Below are positions 11,781 to 22,800 of a DNA stretch of 64,000 nucleotides, in pieces (position 1 is the first letter of the stretch; each line of letters starts with the position of its first letter). The DNA comes from Vicugna vicugna (taxonomy: Eukaryota), in the NCBI GenBank assembly GCA_013265495.1, contig MU058252.1, forward strand, positions 902,244 through 966,243, given 5' to 3'. The notes under the pieces were generated by a model. It searched no databases, had not been told where the DNA came from, and saw only the letters and a program-made list of their open reading frames with translations. A program made the position numbers and the translations under genes.

Positions 11781-14368
11781 GGCTCTCCTCAAGCCTTGAA
11801 GACCAGTCGCCACCTACTAAAGTCGTCATTTAAGGTGGAAGTGGTGTGCGGGATACGGGGGCCGCTAGGTCCCCAAACTGCTGAGCTCTCCTCGCAGTTG
11901 CTGGAAGAAGTTTTACATCCGCACGATCAGGCAGCTTCTAAACACGTCCTAGTTTCCAGGGACGTCTCAGCTGCCGCCCTCTCTGGGAAGAAGCACAGTG
12001 AACTGCCAGGGAGCCCGACCAGCACCCTCCAGTCTGTGACCGACCAGCTCACCCTCCACTCGCTGTAATGGGCGGCAGGGACCTGACTGCCAGCTGCCGC
12101 GAGAGGGAAACGCATCGCAGTCTCCCCGCCACCTGACGGGCCCTGCTGATGAGGCAGAAGACAGTCACTTACCAAGGGCCCAGCATCCTCATCGGGTTTA
12201 GTGGTCGAGACAGGGACACCCAAAGGACAAGAAGGTACTGTGGGGACAGGTGTGGGAGCCAGGAGGGGAGTTGGAAGGCCTGTGATGTGAACCACCAAGT
12301 CGAATTTGGCCTCCGTCTACGATTACTCCCCTGGTGCAAGGTGCCGTGGCGGGCACAGACCCCTCCACCATGCTGACAAGAAAGCAGAACCGAGGAGACG
12401 GAATCTTGACTTTCACACCATCAGGTGCCTCATCTCCCCAGAAACTTCATACCTCGGCAAAGTGGGAGGCTAAGAGGCGGGTGGGAAGAAATGACACCCT
12501 CGGTCTGTGTCTCGAGCCTTCCTCAGCCTGATCCTATGGTCTCACCAGGGCTGAGCCCAGAGATGGGGCCAGAGCCATTCCCAGTGGGTGGAAGCTGGAA
12601 GGGAGGTCAAGCCAACCCCTTCCTAAGACTCTGGTCTAACAGCTCCTAACCCGGCGGGGACATCAGGGTCCCCAGGGCACCATTCCAATGCACAGATGCC
12701 CAGACGCCCCTGAGTCTGAATGTCTGGGGCTCAGGACGGAGTGGCTGAAATGCACCCTAACCACTGGTACAGCCCAGCGCCTCACTGTAGACACAGGGAA
12801 ACAAGCACAGGAAGAGGATGGCCCGCTCGAGCTCCCTCACTTACTCACTGTGTAACGTGTGGAGTCACAATATAAGGTGCCGGAGAAGGGAAATATGAAG
12901 TCAGAAATCTGTTTTCCCTTTGAGAGAAGATCAGGTTTTGATTTAATGCAAACTAAGCAGCAGCCACTTGGACTTTGGTTATTCAAAGGCAGGGCAGTAA
13001 ATTGCCCTCCGTCCTGAATATTTGTAATATTCTATGACTTAGAAAGCATCTTAGCTAAAAGCTTCGTAACTGACTAAGCGCAAAGGTCCCGATTCAGGCT
13101 GCATTTTGTTCTATTTCATTTCCACTACGTGCCATGCTGCCTGTCTCCAGACATCCACATTCTGAGAAGATATGTATGTGCTTGGGTTGTGTGGGTTATG
13201 TCAACATCAGGTGTGTAAAATAGATCGCAGATGACGTATGACGTCAAAAGATGTGGCTAACGGTAGGCAAAGTGGTAACTCATAAAACATAGCTGGTGTT
13301 CTTGAAATTGTGATCAGACTGTGCGGAGATCACAACCGCCTCCCTGTGGAGCCCCCACCCCTGCCATTAGGGCAGCTGCGTGGCTTGCCTTTCCCAGAAG
13401 TGATGTGTGTCCCTTCCAGGGGAAGCTTTAGGAGCTGTCCTGAGTTCTGACCCGCTCTCGTATCCCTCTGACAGCAAGGACTCAGGAACTGCTCCTTCAG
13501 CCTGGGCTCCCAGAACAAACAGGACATCACGGCTGCCCGTGATGGACACAGAGATGAGAGAAACGCACACCTGCCATCGCTCACCGCTGGGACTGGGGGC
13601 CTCGGTTACTCCAGCATAACAGAGCCGGCACTCTCTGTCCTCTCTTTCTTTCTTCTGAGTCTTCTCCTCATCCCTACAAAATCTCAGTACACCTCATGGT
13701 GATTTAAAAAGTGGTTTACTTGGCTTACTTGCCCTGCTTTGCTATTTGAACCAATTTGGGTTGAAGTGTCCCTCTGAGAGTCAGCCCCGAACCCAAACAC
13801 AACACAGTGCTTTGGTTTTCCAACAAGTTCGTTTCATATTATTCTCTAAGTATGGCTGCTTGGTGTGTTTTGCATCCTCAAGATATCTTAAGTAAGGTTA
13901 TGACAATCTTTTGGTAAATACGCATGACCCTTAACATCTACGCCGGACATCCCAACGTGGGCCTCCACTTGGGTGGATTTAACTCAACAAACACATGCTG
14001 GACGCCTGCGCACCAGGCGCACTGGTGATAAGCACTCAGAGAGGAAGGACGAAGTCCTCCCTTCAAGCAAGCCCTAGTCTGGGGGCAGAACACACTCAAG
14101 ACGCTTTGGAGGGGGAAGCTTTCTGCCCTGTTCTCTCCTCAAGATTTCTTCAGGCTCACCGTTCTCTCACATCCCACCCTCTCCACTGGGGACAAATGGA
14201 TTAGGTAAAGGTATCCCCCAAATGCTAGACACTGAGCTTCAAATCCATGTCACTGACGGCCTGGCCACATTTGCCCCACATGGGATTCCTGCACTGCCCT
14301 TTCCTGTCCCCAACTGCCTCCAAACGAAAATTAGTGACCAAGCAACCAGTTGGTCCTCGGCCAACAGT

Positions 14369-14477
14369 TAGGGTGACAAACTAGCCTTGGTTCACCCAGA
14401 ACTGTCCTGGTGTTAAACAGCACCACATCCCTAGCAACCCCTCAGCCCCAGGTGAACCGGGACAGCTGGTCACCCTG
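14369..14477. mobile_element. MER81-like non-autonomous hAT DNA transposon
   Basis: Terminal inverted repeats tagggtgac...gtcaccctg, 109 bp long, with internal aacccctcagccccaggtgaaccgggac. Confidence 0.75.
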
Positions 14478-15267
14478 GAAGGCAGCTGGTCTCTCCGGCT
14501 GCCCCCACGTTCCTCCCCTGTCCCAGGAGATCGTGTGCACACCAGTGATCACCACCCCCAGCCTAGCCTCCCACACCCGTCCACGCCCTCTTTCTCTGTC
14601 TCTCCTCTTCCAGTTCCATTAATCTCACCCATTTCCTCCTTCCATTTCCCAGCTCTTTAGTAGCTAAGGAAATTCCCTCCCACCTTTCCCTTCCTCTCTC
14701 TGTTTCATATATAAGGTAAAAATTTACACTAATCACTGAATAAGAAGAAAGCCAGGGATTTGTGTTTATCAAGAAAAAGTAATTACTATAACTTGAAACA
14801 ACTTTTTTAAACAAAACGTTTAAAGTGAAATTAAACATAAATACAGAGTCACCACATCCCCAAACACATTGAGGATATCTAGAAAGCCCCTTTAGAATCT
14901 CTATAACATTCTCCACTTATCTCTTCTTCTTCCTCTTATCAAACCTGCTTTTCATAAAACGAGACTTTGGAGATAAATAAAACATCGCTGCAACTCCATA
15001 TTGTCTCCTGCTTTTTAATTACTGTATGCACTCATCCGTTCATCCAGCAGGATGTTTTCCTAATGTTGCAAAAGTACATTATTGCAGAAATCGTAGCCAT
15101 GAAAAGCCATGTTTCAGCTAAAGGCTACCTTAACTGCCTATCCGCCAAAAGAAACAAGGATCAGAAACAATTTAAGGTGGAAAACTGAATCCAGAGCAAC
15201 AGAGAGAGCAGGTGTGCAGGAGAGAACTAAAGTCAAGTTGGACACTGGCTTCCAAACTTCCTGGAGC

Positions 15268-15420
15268 CCACTGGCTCCCAACCTCAGATGCGTATCACCT
15301 GGGGAATTAAAAAGCAACAAAACCCCAACAACCGGTCTCAGAGTTTCTAATTGAACTGGTTTAGGGTGCAGCTAGGTCCTGGGAGTTTCAAATGCCCTTC
15401 AGGCAACCCTAATGCATTTC
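15268..15420. mobile_element. MER5-like hAT-Charlie element
   Basis: atcacctggggaattaaaa...cagagtttctaattgaactggtttagggtgcagctagg...caggcaaccctaatgc. Confidence 0.6.
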
Positions 15421-16252
15421 CTCAGACATGCCTCGGGCTGTGCTGGGTTCCAGTTCGGCAGCAGAAGAGATTAACCTGCCTCGCCCAGCTTCTCTCTCTT
15501 TGCATCCGGTCCAGAAAATGCCAGTGTCACGAGCTGGGTCAATGTGGGCCTGGGAGTCGAGCTCACCTTGGATCAGAGGAAGAATCTCCAGTGGGCTCCG
15601 GGGTTCTGGGCACCACCGATTCATTCAACAAGGAGTCGTGAGCACCTCGCCCTGGAATGAATGTAACTCCTTGCCCATGGGTCTCCCTGCTTTTGTGAGG
15701 AAGACTGGCGCTTCCTTCCCACAGAGCCGTGAGATGGTCCCTCGGGTCTGACTGGCAGTGCAGGGGTCTTGAGAGGGTATTGGGATGAACATCAAATCCC
15801 AGCCAACAGTTGGGATGGGGCTCTCATTGAAAACAGGGCTGACATTTGATGCATCTGACCTAGTACAAGTCTTGATGAACAGCAGAGGCTCAGCAAGACT
15901 TGTTGGAGGAGAGAGTGACTCGGTTAATCTGTGAAAAAAGAGAATGACCCAAAAAGCCCATGTGACTGAGCTGATGATGCTAGAAAGACTGGTAAAGCAA
16001 CTGTGAGAGAAAGACAGGGATTTCTGCAGATTTAGGAAACTTACAAACTGACAATGACCCTGTCTCATCTCTTCCTCCCACTTTCAAGGGTCTTTGGCTT
16101 CATTAAAATATCACTATGAACCTGCCAATACATGAGTTCACTTGGTGTGTTCTGATGTGTTCTGAGGATTCGTAGACATGACACCAGAAGCATGGGCAAC
16201 AAAAGAAAGGATGGAATTGGACTTCATCAGAATTAAGAACTTGCTGACTTCA

Positions 16253-16807
16253 CAGCTCTATTACAATAGCCAAGACACAGAGCAACATAAATGTTCATTG
16301 ACAGATGACTGGATAAGGAAGATGTGGTGTATATTTATACATACACATACATACATACAGTGGAATACTACTCAGTCATTAAAAAGCAAAATCATGCCAT
16401 TTGCAGCAACATGCATGGAGCTAGAGACTATCATACTAAGTGAAGTTAAGTCAGAGAAAGACAAATATATATCACTTATATGTGGAATCTTAAAAAAATG
16501 ATGCAAATGAACTTATAAAACAGAAAGAGATTCACACACATAGAAAATAAAATTATGGTTAACAAAGGGGAAAGTAGGGGGAGGGGTAAATTAGGAGTTT
16601 GGGATTAGCAGATACAAACTACTACATATAAAATAGGTAAACAACAAGGACCTACTGTAGAGCACAGAGAACTACATTCAATATGTTGTACTAACCTATA
16701 ATGAAAAAGAGTATGAAAAAGAATGTATATATGTACAACTGAATCACCATGCTGTACACCAGAAACTAACACAACTGTAAATCAACTATACCTCAATTTT
16801 TAAAAAA
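16253..16807 (+). mobile_element. Younger 5'-truncated L1 nested in the older L1
   Basis: tacaatagccaagac...gacagatgactggataaggaagatgtgg...gtaaatcaactatacctcaat followed by an A tail. It is flanked by a diverged duplication at 16235-16252 / 16802-16819. Confidence 0.85.
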
Positions 16808-17397
16808 TTGCCTGCTTCAGAAGACCACCAAAAAAATGAAGAGACAACCTACAGAATGGAAGAAAATATTTGCAAATCATATATCTGACAAATATATAAG
16901 GAATTCTTAAACTTGGTAATAAGATGACAACACAACTTAAAAACAGACAAAGGATATGAACAGACATTTCTCCAAGGAAGATTTACAAATGTCTAAAAAA
17001 TACAGGAAAAGATGCTTGACAACACTAGTCATTAGGGAAGTGCAAATCAAAACCACAGTGAGATGCCACTGCACACCCACTGGGATGGCTAGAATGAAAA
17101 GACAGACAATAGTAAGTGTCGGTGAGGATGTGGAGAAGTTGGAACCCTCGTCCACCTCTGGTGGGAATGTAAGAGGGTAAGCCCAGAAGTACTATATGAA
17201 CAGCAATTCCATTTCTGGGTATAAAGCTAAGAAAAATGAAAACATAAGTTAGCACAGAAACTTGAACATGAATATTAAGAGCCAAAGGTGGACACAACTC
17301 CAATGTCCTTTAACTGATGAATGCATATACGAAATGAGGTCTATTCATTCATCCACTGGAATATTGTTCCATAAAAAGGAAAGAAGTATAGAGACAC

Positions 17398-17704
17398 AGA
17401 GTTGGCCTTCTGTACCCACCAGCTACATGTCCACAGATTCAACCAGGGGCGAACCAAAAATATTAATAAAAAAAAAGCAAGTTCCAAAAAGCACAACTTG
17501 AATTTGCCGCAACTACTGATAGCGTATTTACACTGTATTAGGTGTTACAAGTACCATCTAGAGACGATTTAAAGTATCCGGGAGGGTGTGCATAAGTTAT
17601 GCAAACACTATGCCATTTTATATAAGGGACTGGAGCATCTGCAGACTTTGGTACCTGAAGGGGGTCCTGGAACCAGTCCCCACCATGGAAACTGGAGGAT
17701 GACT
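17398..17704 (-). mobile_element. MER2B-like TcMar-Tigger element nested in L1
   Basis: gttggccttctgtaccc...cacagattcaacc...gcaagttccaaaaagcacaacttgaatttgcc...tttatataagggactggagcatc...gggggtcctggaaccagtcccc. Confidence 0.82.
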
Positions 17705-18189
17705 ATACAACACGGGTGACCCTGGAAAACATGACAGTAAGTCAAGGAAGCCAGTCCCAAGAGACCACGCGTCGTTATGTAATTCCATTTACGTGGAAGT
17801 CCAGGAGAGGAAACTACAGAAACAGAGAGTTGCTTCGTGGTCACTTAGGGCCGGGGTCAGGGGTGGGAGGGTGGGAGGTGCAGGACGGGAGAACAGAGGG
17901 GAGATGGTTAGAGCAAGGGGTTTCTCTGCGGGGAGATGGAACTATTCTAGAATTGACTGTGGAGGTGGTTACGCAACCCTGTGAATATGGTAAAAATCAC
18001 TGACTTGCACACTTTAAATAGGTCCCTTGTTGCTATGTGAGTTGTATCTCATTTTTCTTTTCTATAAGAGAGAGAAGGTGTACTGAGGCCAGTCAACTGC
18101 AACACCAGCAACAACACTGAGACCATCTGTCATCCACCGGATTGGCAAAAAATCCTCCTTCCTTCATCGTGTGGATTCTTCCAGGAATG

Positions 18190-18580
18190 AGGTTTCCAGC
18201 AGCGAAAACTGCCAGTGCAAAGGCCCTGAGGCAGCAGGCCGGGCCTGACAACGGCAGAGCACAGGGGTCTCTCTGGTTGAAGCAGCTGTTAAGTCAGAAA
18301 GGTAGTGAAACCCCACTTTTCTGGACCTTTTAGGTCACTGGAAGACCTAGGACTTCTACTCTGAAAATGACAGGGAGCCCCTGGAAGGTCCTAGCAGGGG
18401 ATGACATGGTCGTATATAGTTGAACATGACCACTCTGGCCACCCTGTTGCGAGTGGACTGTTGGGGAGCAAAGAAGGAAGCTGGGTGACTGGCAAGGAGG
18501 CTACTGCTACAGTCCATGCAAGAGATGGAGGCAGCTGGGTCCAGGTGGAGGCAGTGGAGCTGGTAAGAAGCAGCTACATC
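18190..18580 (-). mobile_element. L2 LINE fragment
   Basis: gtgcaaaggccctgaggc...aggaggctactgctacagtccatgcaagagatgg. The minus-strand remnant ISCMDCSSSLL resembles the L2 motif ISRLDYCNSLL. Confidence 0.78.
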
Positions 18581-19363
18581 CTGCCGGCCCAGTACCTCTT
18601 CCTTGGGACAGGACACCGAGATGAGAGCATCAGGGCCCCGTTCAGCAGGTAGGCACCGTCGGCACCACATCAGTACTTAGCTCCCTCCTGGTTCAACAAC
18701 CACAACACCCTGTGCACGGAAGGTAGGAGTTTTCTGGGTGATCTCTTCCAGTCCCTACACAAGTTTTGATTCCCCATGACCTTTCGGGCACCGTCCTTGC
18801 TGACGGTGAGACAATCCTTGGGGACTCCTGTTGGTCTCCAGTGGTGAGCTGAGTAGAAATCCTCTCCCTGTCACCAGCACGGGTCCCTAACCCTCCACAT
18901 CATGGAGAATTTGGGGAGCAAGTGAACAACTCCCAGGGGGCAAGTGCAGGTCCCGGGGGCACCCTGCCCACCCCACCTGCCACTAACCCCACCTATGTCA
19001 CTGCCAGAGCCCCAGGAGGCTGGCATGAGTCAGGCCTACAACTCATTCCTTCCGCTCCGGGACCTGGAGGAGACTGAACTTCCGTCTTCTTTTTCCCATG
19101 AGTGGACACAACGCAGTTGCACAAGCTTGTCTGCATCATGCGATGCTCAGAGGCAGGAGGATTTCAGGGTTGAACACCCGCCTCTAAGCAACATGGATGG
19201 AGGGTACCAGTAAGCATACCTCTGCTTCCTGGAACTTAGACATACTGAGGCCAGAAGGGACCTGAGCAAACTCTCCGAGGCCCAGAGAGGTTGGAGGTGG
19301 CGCCCAAGGGGAGGCACTGAACCCAGCAGCATGGACCCAGGTGCAGCCCCTTCCCCATCGCTG

Positions 19364-19805
19364 AGTGTCAGCCTCCTCGGGCCGCCGTGGCAAAGCACCA
19401 CACCCAGGGTGGCTTCAAACAATAGAACTGTAACTTGTCACAGCTCGGAAGGCCAGAAATCCAGGATCAAGGTGTCGACAGGGCTGATTCCCTCTGAGGC
19501 TCTGAGGGGGAATCTGGTCCAGGCTCCGCCCCAGCTCCTGGTGGCTGCCGGCAACCTTCGGCGTTCCTCGGCTTTGCGGCTGCATCGCCCCCATCTCTGC
19601 CTTTATCTTCACACACCGTTCTCCCTGTCTCCGAATCTCCTGTTTATCAGGACACAGTCATATCGGATTAGGGGCCCCCTGCTCCAGCGTGACTTCATCT
19701 TAACTAATTACATCTGCAAAGACCCTATTTTCAAATAAGGCCATGTTCTGATGTGCTGGGGGTTAGGACGTCAGCATACCCCACTGCTCAGTTCCACCCC
19801 TAGCA
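19364..19805 (-). mobile_element. MaLR solo LTR (MLT1B/C-like)
   Basis: gtggcttcaaacaatagaa...gatcaaggtgtcgacagggc...catcttaactaattacatctgcaaagaccctattttcaaataagg. Confidence 0.88.
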
Positions 19806-22800
19806 GGTAGCCCTCAGAAAGCTTTCTTACTTTTGCTCCTCTGCCGCCTTGTGCAGCAGAGGCACTTAATATTATCACACTTAGTTCTAAGCCTGCAAGC
19901 CCAGTGAGAGTGCCAAAGCTTTGCCTGTAGAATGTTCAAAACACACTTCATGTGCATCCTGAGATCAAGCTGTCCTGACTGTAGCAGTAGAAGCTAAAAT
20001 AGATTTCATTCCAGACCCTTCAGTCCACAATGGCAGCAGCCACAATACTCCTAATTATGCAGTACGTTTTGTCCAGGAGCTGGAGCCCTTTTAAAAATAA
20101 ATGCGAAATGTCCTCAGACCCACATCCAGGAGGGGACGCCCCCCACACCTCACATCCACGGGTATTTCTGAACTACGACTTCCTGCTAGACGAGGGACAT
20201 TTGTGGACAGGCACCCAGAGAGAAAGGCAGTGCCTTTGAATGAAATCAGCAGGGAAGAGAGATGCTTCTCACCACGGGGCTGAGGTCGCTGGAACAGATC
20301 CAGGGAAGCCAGTGGGGTTCATGGGATTGGAAAAGTAAAAAGAGGGCCAGCCGGGCCCTGCACCCCAGGAGGGGGCTGGAGGGAACATGTGCGGGTCTCC
20401 CGGGCTCCTCCCAGCCCCTTGGGCCCCGAGGTGGGCAGGCGCTGAGTCCCAGCAGTGGGCATTTCTCGGGCAGGTGGCTGCTTTCTGCTGTTAGGTCCTG
20501 GGACAAGTTCCCTTGGGACCACGAGAGACTCGGAGCGTTCAGGTGCTGGATGATTCCTCCCGGGGGAAACTGCACAGGAAGTGAAAGGAATAGATTCTTT
20601 GATGTGAAAGGGCCCAGCTCAGCCAGGTTGCTAAGATGCCCCCAAACAAGGTCACCTCGAACCAGCGCCGCAGCCGGCAGCCGGTGCTTATCGAAGGCTT
20701 GTAGATTCGCCTCAAACGTCCTTACTCTGAGCCCAGCCCTGCCCTGGGCACCCCTCCAGGGCCTCTGGAATGTGGTAAGAAAGGCAGACTGCGTGACCTA
20801 AGGGTGACTGACATCGGTGGCTCCCAGCCAGGGCCACGTGGGAGGCCTTTGTGTCCAACCACAGGTCCCCTCCACCCCTCCCTAGTTACGGGAGAGACCA
20901 CACCCCTTAGAACTGGGGGTGAGATGCTGATTTTTTAATAGTCTTTTTATTAGTATTATTGAAGTATAGTCAGTTTACAACGTGTCGATTTCTCACATAC
21001 TAACTGTTTTTTAATTAAGGAGAACACTGAATTTCCTCAAGTAACGTCACACATCTTTTTCAATGGCCTTCAATTCCATGTTAGAGCCAATTCCGGGGTG
21101 ATGGGGTGGGGAGGAACAAAGTGGGCAGGAAGAGATGATGATGGAAGAAAAAGCGAGGAAAACAAGGCAGCTCGTCGGGAGTCAGCGGCCAGTGGTACCC
21201 AGACGAGGCTTCCGACGGGCACATGTCATCTGCACCCAGTTTCCCCAAGCGTTTACATGCTTCACGATTGAAGTGGAGAAGTGGTTACTAATAGTACGGA
21301 AGTAGTCCACAGAAAATTAACATATAAGGAAAGCATTCAATATCTTCTTTTAAAGATTAGAGCCATCTGGAGAAGGGGATAGTTGTAAAGCTGGGAGGAG
21401 GGAGGAGGGAAGAAGGGAGCTGAGAAGGTCCTGAGGGCTAAAGCTGCTCTTTCCCCGACTCTGAGCTCTGAAGCACTGACCTCTTTAAGGTTTCCCTTTA
21501 TGATGCTGCTGATCTGTTCATCGCTATTTCTAGCGAACTTCCCTTTCTCTTCCTGCCTTCAGAAGGCCCCCATCGCGAAGGCCTGAGCAGAGAGGATATT
21601 TTTTCTGTTTTTTCCTGGGCTAGATGGGGGTGGGGTGTGCAAAAACTGTAAAGCTGATCCATACGAGACTTTCCTGTGGACGGAGCCCCTGGATTCTCAT
21701 GCCCCACAGCCAATCCCCAGCAACAGCACTTAAAGGATGTTACCGGTGCATCTCCCGGCAAAGTCGAGATGGGAGAAGAGACATTCTCGAGGGCAGGGCT
21801 AGAATGGGAATTAGAAATGGGCTCTGTGAAGGCTTGGACTGGGGCAGGGGATTAGAGGAGCAGGAGGTTCTATAACCTGAACTTCACCTTCCCGTCCCTC
21901 TACTTCTGGGAGCAACGAAGGTGACGCGCTAGGTGCAGAGGAGGTGTGCCGGCGGGGGTCGGCAGGGCCGCAGCGTCCCACAGCCTCACAGGTGCTGTTT
22001 GCTGGACCGCCCAGGGCCTGGTGTCCCCTGGACTTGGACACAGTGGCTCTGCCAAGCTCAGCCCCGCAGGCCTCCGTCTGTCCCCGCGGCGCCCGGGGCC
22101 CGAGCAGCCGCAGGCTGTCTCCTTGGTCCTGGGCAAGCACGTTTTCTGGACTCGTCCCCTTCGACTTAATTGGAGGCAAGGTCACCAAGAAAAAGAGTGG
22201 GTTCTTCCAATGCCAAGTCTGTAGACTTGCAGCCGCCAGATGCATTAATCAGGTCATTTCCTAATCTTCTAGGACAGGAACATGCTGTGCTCAGTCCCCC
22301 CACCCAGTGCTCACTGGACCAAAATCTACCTAGAAAAACATTCTTTTTTTTTTTAACAATCAAAAATATAATGACTTTCTTCAGTCATGAGCCAATTACA
22401 GAGAGTGACCAGAGGAAGGAAAGAAAGTATAAAGGAAGACGAAATGAAAGGATATCTGACAGCGAGGCAGGAGGCTTGAGAAGCAAGCCATCAGGTGGGA
22501 ATTCTCACCCAGGTTTGCAACCAGGGCATCTGTTTCCTCCCCCAGCACAAAAAAAAAAAAAAAAAATGATGGCTGCCTCTGAACCTCTTACTTCTTTCTC
22601 ATTCAGGAAACCCTTCTCCTGTGAGCATTATGTGTAAGAATAGTAGCCTTTGCAATTCCAAAAGCTTCTGACATACCTTTTCAAGTCTTACATTTTACCC
22701 TGCTTTGTGGCTTATCAAATGCTTCCCCTACGCAACTTACTCCTTCAACCTGGGAATAAGGGTGTAAAAGAAACGCTGTCTCATCCTGGAGAGGGAAGGC

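Larger units (their letters stand above)
16170..18052 (+). mobile_element. Old L1 (L1MB-like) ORF2 C-terminus and 3'UTR, carrying two nested insertions
   Basis: ORF2 remnants MTPEAWATKERMELDFIRIKN and [12 protein letters not shown]...[16 protein letters not shown]. The 3'UTR ends cactgacttgcacactttaaatagg...gttgtatctca. Confidence 0.9.

Noticed and set aside
19994..20002. CTAAAATAG as a MEF2 site (also near 34940)
   Set aside because: One base short of the YTA(W)4TAR consensus.
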